From NCBI GenBank assembly GCA_964604655.1, contig CAZRZY010000004.1:11656-75655 (forward strand): a DNA stretch of 64,000 bases. Direction: 5' to 3'. Shown here one piece after another: positions 47,227 through 55,965 of the stretch (its first letter is position 1; each line of letters opens with the position of its first letter). The notes below the pieces were generated by a model. That model had not been told where the DNA came from. It did no database searches and saw only the letters and a list, made by a program, of their open reading frames with translations. The translations under genes were made by a program, and so were the position numbers. The stretch is from an uncultured Bacteroides sp. GTDB lineage: Bacteria; Bacteroidota; Bacteroidia; Bacteroidales; GCA-2748055.

Positions 47227-48350
47227 AGACTCGATAGATTATTTCTGAATAGAAGTTGTTTAAGCTGTGGATCTTCTTTGATGGCTTTCAGGGTCTCCTC
47301 ATAGGCAATATCGATGCCTTTCTGGTTCCAGTGACTGTCGGTCCGATAATAGAGCAACGTATCACTGCCCAGGTAGTCGTCAAAGATATTCACATAGTGC
47401 ACTCCTCTCTGGTCAAGACCTTTGTAAAGCCGGGGCAGAAAATCGTTGTATTCCGCTTCCGGATCTACCAGGTCATGATGAAGGGTATACTTGGCCGGAA
47501 CAGGGAGGTAAATCAGGTGCATGTTGAATTTTTCCTTCAGTTCCCTCTTCAAGCCGGCCATATGATCGCAAATACTGTCGATCTGCTGGTCGGAATGCTG
47601 GTAATAGAAACTGGTCTTCTCACCATTCACCTGATCGTGATAGAAGAGCCAGGAGTTATCGCCGTCTTTATAATAAACAGGGGTCATACTGGAGATGCTC
47701 CCGAAAATGTCGAACTTAAGGGTGACCAGATGGGAGTAGAACCCGGTGGTCAGGTAACTCCGCTTCAGAAGAGCGTCGTAAAGCTGCTCGCTGCTGCTGT
47801 AGAAAATTTTATCCTTCACGTAGGTAAGAGTCCTCACCAGGAGAGGGGGCTCCTCCTCATCCGGCGGAGGCCCCGGAATCGTATGGAGATCTTCAAAAGC
47901 CACCGGGATGTATCGCTCGACCCGCTGAAAGAGGACCATTTTCGGAGTGGTGTCCTGATACCCGTGAACGGCCAGGTATTCCAGCGGATAATCGTTGTTC
48001 ACGTAGTGGACCTTCCTGGAGAAATCATCGGCCAGACGCTCAGCAAACTGGGTATGCCGTGAAAACTCAAAGAAACTGTCGCCAAAGACAAGAACCTCCG
48101 CCTCCTCCAATGAAGCCTGCTTCTCACTGTGCTCGAACTTCACCTGGGCAGGAGGAAGCCCTTCCTCCCTGAAATGACGAACCATGCTGAAGTAATACAA
48201 CTCGCCATATTTCGTCTTGTCCCAGTAACCTTCCACCACATCCTCCTTCAGGATCCCGTTGAACAGCACTTCGAAACGGATGGCGACGAAGGCGCACAGG
48301 CTAATGGCACCCGCGATATAGATCAGAATTTTCAGTGTTCTCTCATTCAT
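47223..48350 (-). CDS. AlgX/AlgJ-like SGNH-fold polysaccharide O-acetyltransferase component (membrane-anchored)
   Basis: 375 aa with an N-terminal anchor (ILIYIAGAISLCAFVAI). YYRTDSHWNQKG is the D-x-H-W signature of AlgJ/AlgX-type proteins. It lies immediately downstream of the MBOAT gene, which is the canonical pairing. Confidence 0.7.
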   Translation of the reverse strand: MNERTLKILIYIAGAISLCAFVAIRFEVLFNGILKEDVVEGYWDKTKYGELYYFSMVRHFREEGLPPAQVKFEHSEKQASLEEAEVLVFGDSFFEFSRHTQFAERLADDFSRKVHYVNNDYPLEYLAVHGYQDTTPKMVLFQRVERYIPVAFEDLHTIPGPPPDEEEPPLLVRTLTYVKDKIFYSSSEQLYDALLKRSYLTTGFYSHLVTLKFDIFGSISSMTPVYYKDGDNSWLFYHDQVNGEKTSFYYQHSDQQIDSICDHMAGLKRELKEKFNMHLIYLPVPAKYTLHHDLVDPEAEYNDFLPRLYKGLDQRGVHYVNIFDDYLGSDTLLYYRTDSHWNQKGIDIAYEETLKAIKEDPQLKQLLFRNNLSSL

Positions 48351-48364
48351 GACTCAACCTGTAA

Positions 48365-49804
48365 TCAAAATTGGAAATAGAGGAAATCCGTCTCATTCCA
48401 GACAGCAAAAATCAACAACACGGCCACAAAAACCACCAGCAGTATCCACTTCAGATACCGGGGAAGACTCTTCAGTGTGGAGGAAAACTGATACCGCTCC
48501 TCCAGGAAATCGATCACCAGGAGAACACCAATGAACACGAAAGAGAGGACCAAATCGGCCGGATTCGAGAACAGGTTTACCACTGGATCTCCGCCAAAAA
48601 CGAAATGGTTTTTCAGTATGTAAAATGCTTCACCGACATTGTTGGCCCTGAAGAATATCCATGCGATATAGGACAGGACAAATGTGATCAGCACCTGAAA
48701 CAGGGTATGAAGCCAGGTCACCTTGCTGATCCCCAATGCACGGTTGATGTTATCCCTGAGCTTTTGTGTGACGATTGCGATGACCAGATATCCTCCGTGA
48801 ATGGCTCCCCAGATTACGAACGTCCATTCGGCCCCGTGCCAAAGTCCGCTCACCACGAAAGTGATAAAGAGGTTATAGAACCATCTCCACTTGACCACGC
48901 GATTCCCGCCCATGGAAATGTAGACGTAATCCCTGAACCAGGTGGAGAGGGAGATATGCCACCTCTGCCAGAATTCCCTGATGTTTTTGGCGAAATAGGG
49001 CCTGCGGAAATTAGTCATTAGCTGGTAACCAAGAACCATGGCCGCTCCGATGGCGATGTCCGAGTAACCCGAGAAATCGCAGTAGATCTGGAACGAGAAG
49101 AAGAAGGTGGCGATGATATTCTGGATGCCCTCGTACTGTGTGGGATTGTTGTAGACCAGGTTCACGTATTCCGAAAGCCGGTCGGCAATCACAATCTTCT
49201 TAAAGAATCCCCAGCCCATCAGCAGGATTCCGTTCTTGATCCTTTCATAATTGAAGGTTACTTCCTTTCGGAACTGGGGCAGCAGATTCACCGATCGCTC
49301 AATCGGGCCGGCCACCAGCTGAGGAAAGAAGGAGACAAACAGGGCAAACCTTCCGAAATGATATTCGGGCTTCTGTTTTCCCTTGTAGATATCAATGGTA
49401 TAACTGAGGGTCTGAAAGGTATAGAAAGAGATACCTACCGGAAGAAGGAAATTGTAGTAAGGTACGTCGTAAAAGATGTTGAACTGGTCGAAGAGGGTAT
49501 TCAGAGTATTACCGAAGAAATTGAAATACTTGAAAAAGAAGAGGAGTCCCAGGTTGGTGAGCAGGCTCGCCACCAGGAGAAGTTTTCGCCGCCCCTTTCG
49601 TTGGGACCTGTAGAGAAGAATCCCTGAGATATAGTCTACCACGGTGGAGATCATGATCAATACGATGTACTTATAATTCCAGCACATGTAGAAATAGTAG
49701 CTGGCGATCAGCAGAAGGATCCACCTGAAACGGTTCGGGATTGCAAAGTAGGCTGCAACCACGATGGGGAAAAAAACAAGAAATTCGTAGGAATTAAATA
49801 ACAT
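48365..49804 (-). CDS. MBOAT-family membrane O-acyltransferase (AlgI/DltB-like)
   Basis: 479 aa and polytopic. MLFNS..F..FF, GISFYTFQ..SY.ID.Y.G, F.SFFPQLVAGPI.R and FW.RWHISLS.W.RDY.Y...GG (the invariant His region) are all present. Confidence 0.88.
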   Translation of the reverse strand: MLFNSYEFLVFFPIVVAAYFAIPNRFRWILLLIASYYFYMCWNYKYIVLIMISTVVDYISGILLYRSQRKGRRKLLLVASLLTNLGLLFFFKYFNFFGNTLNTLFDQFNIFYDVPYYNFLLPVGISFYTFQTLSYTIDIYKGKQKPEYHFGRFALFVSFFPQLVAGPIERSVNLLPQFRKEVTFNYERIKNGILLMGWGFFKKIVIADRLSEYVNLVYNNPTQYEGIQNIIATFFFSFQIYCDFSGYSDIAIGAAMVLGYQLMTNFRRPYFAKNIREFWQRWHISLSTWFRDYVYISMGGNRVVKWRWFYNLFITFVVSGLWHGAEWTFVIWGAIHGGYLVIAIVTQKLRDNINRALGISKVTWLHTLFQVLITFVLSYIAWIFFRANNVGEAFYILKNHFVFGGDPVVNLFSNPADLVLSFVFIGVLLVIDFLEERYQFSSTLKSLPRYLKWILLVVFVAVLLIFAVWNETDFLYFQF

Positions 49805-49831
49805 TCGGAGAGATATTTAGCAGCCTAGGCA

Positions 49832-52213
49832 TCAGTTTTTAATCAGTTTACCAGTCTCTTCCAGCCCATTTACCTTTACCTTGTATACATAGATACCTCT
49901 TTCAAGATCAGATATATCCAGTCGAAAATGCCCTGTTGTACCGGATGTGACGGACTTCATCAGGATGCCTGCACTGCTATAAATCTTCAGATTGATCTCC
50001 GATATTCCATCCCAGGTAAGGTTAATCATGTGGTCCGATGGATTGGGAAAAAGTCGGATACTCTCCCTTACTCCTTGATTATCAGTCGATGTGGGCCACA
50101 ATACTTTGAGGGTATATCCCTGCAATGCCGCTTCCTTGCCATCGCTTGCCTGGATAATGACGGCATGGGAGCCGATTTCATCCATGGTCGGTGTTCCGAA
50201 AAGAATAGCGTCGGTTTCACCGCCGGATAGTGTAAGCCAGTCTGGCTTCACCACCGTGCTGAAGGAAAGCTGGTCACCGGGATCAACATCTTCCGCCTCG
50301 ATAGAGTATATATAGACCTCCATGGCTCTGGCCTCGGTCAATGCCTCACTCAGGAATACCGGAGGATCGTTCACATTCATCACTTCGACCTGGAAACTCT
50401 GATCAGTCTCCACAAATCCGTCCGTCACTCTGATTACCACATCGTGAACCCCCACCTCACTGTTTCCCGGCTGCCCGGTCAGGGTCAGATCGCCGTCGTT
50501 GAAAGTCAGCCAGTAGGGCAGCAAAGGAGCTGAATAGGTCAGTGGGTCTCCATCAGTGTCCCTGGCAATAACATTATAATAGTACGCTGCATCCTGATCG
50601 ATCACCGTCAGAGCATCGGAGATAAACTGAGGCGGGTCGTTCGAGTCGATCACATTCAATGTAAAACTCTGGTCGGTACTCCCCATCGCATCACTTACTC
50701 TGAGTCTCACATCATGATCTCCCACATCCGTGTAGGCAGGAGTGCCTCTAAGTACGCGGTTAATGGAATCGAACTCCATCCAGTCAGGCAGGGTCACCGC
50801 CCCGTAGGAAATTGGATCCCCCTCCGGATCAGTGGCATAAATCACATAGGAATAGAGTTCCCCTTGCTCCGCCTCTAAAACGGGAGCAGAAGTAAAAAAG
50901 GGCGGGTCATTCACATCGATCACCTCCACCTGGAACGACTGTTCAGAAAATTCCTTCCCATCCGACACCCGCAAGGTTACCTGGTGGATTCCCACATCCT
51001 CATTGTGAGGCACCCCGCTAAGCAGGTGTGTACCGGTATCGAAGTTAAGCCAGGAAGGCTTCTGAATGGCCGAAAAGCTCATCGGATCGTTGTCGATATC
51101 CACAGCCTGGATGGTATAGCTGTAGGGTTCCTCCTGGAACACCTCTGTGGGAGGGGTGGATTCGATCACCGGCGGATCATTCCCTTTACTGACATTATAC
51201 ACCACCTGGATAATCTGATTCCTTGGGAAAAGGCCGCTGCCAGTATCTTCCACCCGGAGGGTCAATATCTCCGTTCCATACCAGTCACCATTCGGTGACG
51301 CGGAAAGAACTCTGTTTTCATCGATGGATACGATCAGCTGTGATCCCAGTTTCTGTTCGAAACTCCAGGAAAGCTGGTCATCGGGATCCTCCGGATCTTC
51401 TACGTATTCATCCAGTTCAATGTCGGGAAAGGGTGTTCCTCTGGAGGTATACTGGTCGGGTATGAAAGTGGTGACCGGAGCCTGGTTCAGGGAGTTAACG
51501 GCTTCGAACCACTTAAAAGCCATCTTGTCGTAGCCTGCCTGGTTGGGATGCAGATTATCAATCATGTCGGTGGCGTAATTGATCCCCGCTCCATTTTCCA
51601 TATCGACCATCTGTATCCGCGGATCACCCCGCATATTCACCATCAGTTCCACATTATTATTAAAAGCACTGGTAGAGGGGTGGTAGGTCCGTCGGTTAAT
51701 GATACGGGCTACCAGAATGAATACATCCGGATCGTAAGACCTGATGTTATCGAGAAGATCCTTCACTTCACCTGAACTTTCGATCAGATTGTTAGTCCCG
51801 ATATGGAGCAGGATCAGATCGGCCGGGAACGAATAGAGATAGGGGCCCGGCGATTCCTGGACACCCTGCATGGGATTATACCCGGTTTGTATCAGGTTGG
51901 CCAGCTGCCAGGTCTCAATCCCGGGGAACCCGGCATTGTCATCCAGCTCCGAGTTGAAAAAATAGTTGTTCCCGCTGTTCTCGCTTCCCACGTAATCGAA
52001 ATCGTATCCCTCATCGTGCAAAAGCTGGAAAAGCCGGTATCGGTAGGAAATCCTGTCTCCGTCCGGCCTGGGATTACTCTTATCCAAGCTGTTTTCATCG
52101 AAGGTGATCGAGTTACCGAGGGGCATGATCCGGACCGTCTGGGCATAAATGCCCGGGTAAATCCAGAGAAGGAGGACTACAGCCGGAAGGATTTTATTTA
52201 TCGGCAGACTCAT
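49832..52213 (-). CDS. Secreted SGNH/GDSL hydrolase fused to 5 cadherin-like / putative-Ig repeats and a T9SS sorting tail
   Basis: 793 aa with the signal peptide MSLPINKILPAVVLLLWIYPGIYAQ. SGNH blocks are present: I (MPLGNSIT), III (HIGTNN), V (DNLHPN). Five ~95-aa units follow, each with ..NDPP(V/F/Q).....(Y.Y)...A.D.D.DP(L/M/I)(T/S)(Y/F)S....P.W(L/M).F.......L.G.P...(D/E)VG.H.V..RV(S/T)DG. The tail is LFPNPSDHMINL...GIYVYKV...KLIKN. Confidence 0.88.
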   Translation of the reverse strand: MSLPINKILPAVVLLLWIYPGIYAQTVRIMPLGNSITFDENSLDKSNPRPDGDRISYRYRLFQLLHDEGYDFDYVGSENSGNNYFFNSELDDNAGFPGIETWQLANLIQTGYNPMQGVQESPGPYLYSFPADLILLHIGTNNLIESSGEVKDLLDNIRSYDPDVFILVARIINRRTYHPSTSAFNNNVELMVNMRGDPRIQMVDMENGAGINYATDMIDNLHPNQAGYDKMAFKWFEAVNSLNQAPVTTFIPDQYTSRGTPFPDIELDEYVEDPEDPDDQLSWSFEQKLGSQLIVSIDENRVLSASPNGDWYGTEILTLRVEDTGSGLFPRNQIIQVVYNVSKGNDPPVIESTPPTEVFQEEPYSYTIQAVDIDNDPMSFSAIQKPSWLNFDTGTHLLSGVPHNEDVGIHQVTLRVSDGKEFSEQSFQVEVIDVNDPPFFTSAPVLEAEQGELYSYVIYATDPEGDPISYGAVTLPDWMEFDSINRVLRGTPAYTDVGDHDVRLRVSDAMGSTDQSFTLNVIDSNDPPQFISDALTVIDQDAAYYYNVIARDTDGDPLTYSAPLLPYWLTFNDGDLTLTGQPGNSEVGVHDVVIRVTDGFVETDQSFQVEVMNVNDPPVFLSEALTEARAMEVYIYSIEAEDVDPGDQLSFSTVVKPDWLTLSGGETDAILFGTPTMDEIGSHAVIIQASDGKEAALQGYTLKVLWPTSTDNQGVRESIRLFPNPSDHMINLTWDGISEINLKIYSSAGILMKSVTSGTTGHFRLDISDLERGIYVYKVKVNGLEETGKLIKN

Positions 52214-52227
52214 GACTCATTATGAAA

Positions 52228-52272
52228 GAGAACGCCCAACAAAGAGTGATTGGATCAATGTTGGGCGTTCTC
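52228..52272 (-). terminator. Strong hairpin between the two cadherin-repeat T9SS genes (candidate intrinsic terminator or attenuator)
   Basis: A perfect 13-bp inverted repeat: gagaacgcccaac (52228..52240) pairs with gttgggcgttctc (52260..52272). The 19-nt loop contains an inner 4-bp stem (attg/caat). On the minus strand it is followed by TTTCATAAT. It lies 46 nt past the upstream stop (52318) and only 15 nt before the downstream ATG (52213). Confidence 0.5.
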
Positions 52273-52317
52273 GTTTACCTTATATATTCAATTCAATTTC
52301 GCTGTTACCCTGTATCA

Positions 52318-55300
52318 CTATTCCTTGATCAGTTTACCCACACTGGTCCTGCCATCGATAGTGACGGTATAGAAGTAGATATCACTGGAAAGCTCAGAGA
52401 TATCCAGGGTATAGCGTTCGGTATTCTCCAGTTCGGCCACCTTTTGAACAGCCCCTTTGGAGTCGACGATTTTCAGGATGATCTCACCCCTTTCGGCAAA
52501 TTCGAAATGCACTTCATCAGTGGCCGGATTCGGGTAGACCCGATTGACCAGTTCGGCTGCATCCTCTATGCCGGTAGGATCTCTGACAGTAATGGAGAAT
52601 CCCTGGACTGCATCACCAATTCCATCGCTCACAGTAATGATTACCGCGTAGGTTCCCAAATCAGCCATCTGAGGCGTCCCGCTCAGGATAGCAGAGGTGG
52701 AGGCCGGGGTAAGTGTCAGCCAGTTGGGAAGGTTAGTTGCAATGAAGGTCAGTTGATCACCAGGATCGGGATCATTTACGGTGATCTGGTAAAGATAGGG
52801 CAGGCCTGCTCTCGCTTCGGTCACCGGATCGGAAGAGATCACCGGAAGATCATTCACATTATTGACCGTGATGGCAAAAACCTGATCCGATTCTAAAGAT
52901 CCGTCGGAAGCTCGCAGGATGATGTCGTGGATTCCCACATCCGCATTGGTCGGGCGTCCGCTCAGAATCCTGGTGGCAGGATTGAAGCTGAGCCAACCGG
53001 GAATCTGCGGAGCCGAATAAGTCACAGGATCTCCATCCGGATCGCTGGCCAGTACCGTGTAGGTGTAGCTGGCGTCCTGATTGACAGTAAGCGGCGGATT
53101 GGAGGTGAATTCCGGCGGGTCGTTCACATCCAGTACTTCGATCTGGAACACCTGATCGACCTCTTCCTGTCCGTCAGTCACCCTCAGGGTTACATTGTGG
53201 AATCCCACATCATTTCCACCGGCAGTTCCGCTCAATACGCGGGTCGACGGATTGAAATTGAGCCAGGCGGGGGTCTGGACTGCCGAGTAGGTCAACAAAT
53301 CCTCATCCGGGTCTTCTGCCTCAACCGTATAGCTGTAAAGTGCATTCTGATTGATCTGTGTGATCGGAGTGGAGGTAAAGGCAGGTGGATCGTTCACATT
53401 GTTTACGGTAATGTTGAATGATTGATCGACCTGCTCGGTTCCGTCACTGACCCGGAGGGTTACGTTGTTGTCCACTCCCACATACTCATCCGAAGGCACT
53501 CCGCTCAAAATCCGGGTATCCGGGTTAAATGTGAGCCATGCCGGCAGTACAGGTGCCGAGTAAGTCAACTCATCCAGGTCGGGATCATCTGCCAGTGCGG
53601 TATAGGAGTAGTTGGCATTCTGGTCGACCGCAGTCACGGGTATGGAGCTCCAGACCGGAGGGTCATTCAGATTGATCACTCTCACCTGAAATTCCTGATC
53701 CACATTGACTGTTCCATCAAATACCCTGAGTATTACTGTATTGAATCCCACATCGGCATCCCCGGGAGTTCCGCTCAGGATCGCGGTAGAATCACCGGGC
53801 GTGTAAACAAAATTACTCAGCCACGCCGGAGCGCTTACCACCGAAAGATTCAGAATATCCTCCGCATTGATATCCGTAGCAACTATCTCGTAGGTATAGA
53901 GTTCATCCTGTGTCACCGTGGAATCAGGGGAGGAGAGAATCACTGGTGCGTAGTTGTATACACAGGCACTATTTCCGGCCATGGCGTTGTTGTAACTATC
54001 ATTGATCTGGGTCTGGGTCAGTGCGGTATTGTAGAACATCAGTTCATCAATGGTTCCTTCATACCAGTATTTCTCCACGGACGTGAGGATGTTCAGATGA
54101 CCGATGTTCAATGGTGCATACCCGCCGAAATCGTCAAAGAACTCATTTTCATCCGCCACCAGGATTTTGTCCACATAGAGCTCCACCTTACCGATGGCAT
54201 CGTTGTAAGAGGCGACAATATGGTGCCAGTTCCCGTCGAGGACATTGCCTCCTTCGATATATACATTACTGCCGTCCACCAGGGGGTAATCCCTTAAGAA
54301 CAGTCCTACCGTGCCGTCACTGTTCACACCCAGCCAGTACTGTGTATTGTTGGTGGGTTGATCGCGGCTGACCATCACCATGGTCTGCGAGGGAGAGGCA
54401 TTGGATTTCATCCAGAGCTCGATGGTGAAGGAAGGCACATCATTAAAATCGAAGAATATGTTGACTCCGCCCAGATTGTCTGCCAGGTTAATACTGTCAT
54501 TCACTCCGTTAAAAGCCAGAGCACTCCCCGCGATCCCCGTAGTGGTGGTGGGGGCGGCACCGGTAAACTCCCAACCTGCGATATTATCCACATAACCGGC
54601 ACTTCCTGCCAGGTTGAAATCCCAGTATGCCAGAAGGTTAGGTCTGCAAACAGGGGCGTCGGCCAGGAAGATGTTAAATGCCTGCTCCACAAAACCTTTA
54701 TTGTTGGTCGCCCTCAAGACCACACGGCCGTTGGCCGACTGTGACATGGGGGTCCAGGTGATCATTCCGGTATTGCTGTTGATGATCATTCCCGATGGCT
54801 TCTCGATCAGTGCATAGGTAGGCTTACTGTTTCCGGAAGCGTCCACATCGTAGGTATATAGTTGCCCGACAGTGGCTCTGGTAGGAGGTTCTGTAAGGAA
54901 GGTGGGATCATCCCCGTCGCAGTACCCAATCTGGTACTGACTGATATTATTGTAATGAGGAGTAATATCAAGCGTAGCATCCAGGAGCCTGCTGTAAATA
55001 GCGATCTCATCCAGCGCACCGGTCAAATGGAACTCAGCGCTACCCTGGTATAGCAGGTTCCCGATAGTGATCGGATTGGAGGAGGCAAGGGTCCCAAAAC
55101 CGGAGAAGATGGTCCCCCCCGGATTCTGCAGGATCCCGTCCACATAAAGGTAATTTCTGGAAGTGCCTCCATTGCGGGTGGCCACCACATGATGCCAATT
55201 GTTATCGTTGTATGCGCCTGCCGTGGTAATCACGGTGTTGGCACCGGTGCTTCCCTGAGTATACCAGGAAATTCTGCCGTTGGACTCTGCGCCGATCCAC

Positions 55301-55737
55301 CAGGTCATGGCTGAGAATGGACGGTCGTCCCGCGCAATGAATACCTGCACATCGCCTGTAGTCCCTGCATATTTCACCCATAACTCGATGGAGAAGCTGG
55401 AGGTACCCGACCAGTCGAAAATGGCTGCATCGGGGACTGTGAGATAGGTTTTCGATCCGTTGTCGAACATCTGGGCCCTGCCACTGGCCCCGGCTGTCTG
55501 TGAAGGCGACGCTGAAGGGGCGATTGCATCGTTTCCTCCATAGGAATCCTCATACACCGGACCGGAAGCTTCTGCCATCTTCCAGTATCCGACCATTCCA
55601 TCGGGGCAGGTCTGGCCAAAAAGAGTTCCGCCTGCCGCACTGAACAGAAGGGCTGACAGAACCGCTATACCAAATTGTAAAAAGGTCTTTTTCATTTTTC
55701 TCGGTTTTTCCATTATAATCCTTATACTTGAATTCAT
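52318..55737 (-). CDS. Secreted protein with 2 LamG (Laminin_G_3-like) domains, putative-Ig and ~6 cadherin-like repeats, and a T9SS sorting tail
   Basis: 1139 aa. The likely start is M15 (55695), giving the signal peptide MKKTFLQFGIAVLSALLFSAAGG. LamG patterns occur twice (G.W.......G....DS.GGND..., SFSIELWV, WHH(V/I)VA...., LY(V/I)DG, DE(I/L).(I/F)Y...L). Cadherin-like units carry VNDPP and DPD.D.LTYSA...P.WL.FN...R.LSG.P. The tail is VYPNPATDEVHFEF...DIYFYTV...KLIKE. Confidence 0.88.
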   Translation of the reverse strand: MNSSIRIIMEKPRKMKKTFLQFGIAVLSALLFSAAGGTLFGQTCPDGMVGYWKMAEASGPVYEDSYGGNDAIAPSASPSQTAGASGRAQMFDNGSKTYLTVPDAAIFDWSGTSSFSIELWVKYAGTTGDVQVFIARDDRPFSAMTWWIGAESNGRISWYTQGSTGANTVITTAGAYNDNNWHHVVATRNGGTSRNYLYVDGILQNPGGTIFSGFGTLASSNPITIGNLLYQGSAEFHLTGALDEIAIYSRLLDATLDITPHYNNISQYQIGYCDGDDPTFLTEPPTRATVGQLYTYDVDASGNSKPTYALIEKPSGMIINSNTGMITWTPMSQSANGRVVLRATNNKGFVEQAFNIFLADAPVCRPNLLAYWDFNLAGSAGYVDNIAGWEFTGAAPTTTTGIAGSALAFNGVNDSINLADNLGGVNIFFDFNDVPSFTIELWMKSNASPSQTMVMVSRDQPTNNTQYWLGVNSDGTVGLFLRDYPLVDGSNVYIEGGNVLDGNWHHIVASYNDAIGKVELYVDKILVADENEFFDDFGGYAPLNIGHLNILTSVEKYWYEGTIDELMFYNTALTQTQINDSYNNAMAGNSACVYNYAPVILSSPDSTVTQDELYTYEIVATDINAEDILNLSVVSAPAWLSNFVYTPGDSTAILSGTPGDADVGFNTVILRVFDGTVNVDQEFQVRVINLNDPPVWSSIPVTAVDQNANYSYTALADDPDLDELTYSAPVLPAWLTFNPDTRILSGVPSDEYVGVDNNVTLRVSDGTEQVDQSFNITVNNVNDPPAFTSTPITQINQNALYSYTVEAEDPDEDLLTYSAVQTPAWLNFNPSTRVLSGTAGGNDVGFHNVTLRVTDGQEEVDQVFQIEVLDVNDPPEFTSNPPLTVNQDASYTYTVLASDPDGDPVTYSAPQIPGWLSFNPATRILSGRPTNADVGIHDIILRASDGSLESDQVFAITVNNVNDLPVISSDPVTEARAGLPYLYQITVNDPDPGDQLTFIATNLPNWLTLTPASTSAILSGTPQMADLGTYAVIITVSDGIGDAVQGFSITVRDPTGIEDAAELVNRVYPNPATDEVHFEFAERGEIILKIVDSKGAVQKVAELENTERYTLDISELSSDIYFYTVTIDGRTSVGKLIKE

Positions 55738-55965
55738 GGCTTAAGGTTGCAACTATTCTAGGGGTAAAAATAGCGATTAATCGGGGTGGTAAGAATCCTG
55801 TTTGATCAACCCTGGCTGGGCATCGGCAAAGGTCTCCATAATCTTGCCTGGGGCGGAATATTCAACCGGATCGCTCCTAAATGCTTTGATGAAAATGCTG
55901 TTTCCGGTGACGAATAACACCATTGATCACGCCGAAGAATCTTGTCAGAGTAATTTATATTCATT

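Noticed and set aside
52228-52272. The inverted repeat as the border of an invertible promoter (Bacteroides capsule-type phase switch)
   Set aside because: The arms are separated by only 19 nt, which is far too short to hold a promoter. No site-specific recombinase gene is present in the window. I saw no other long inverted-repeat pair flanking an intergenic promoter region.
52222-52896. 224-aa plus-strand ORF starting inside the intergenic hairpin
   Set aside because: It is antisense to the sorting-tail and cadherin repeats of 52318..55737. Its start lies within the inverted repeat, and it has no motif support.
55114-55120. C7 homopolymer (G7 on the coding strand) in the LamG-cadherin gene, and a second C7 at 60064..60070 in rfbG, as possible phase-variation tracts
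   Set aside because: Seven nucleotides is short for slipped-strand switching. One tract lies in a conserved metabolic gene. I cannot see any length heterogeneity from a single sequence.
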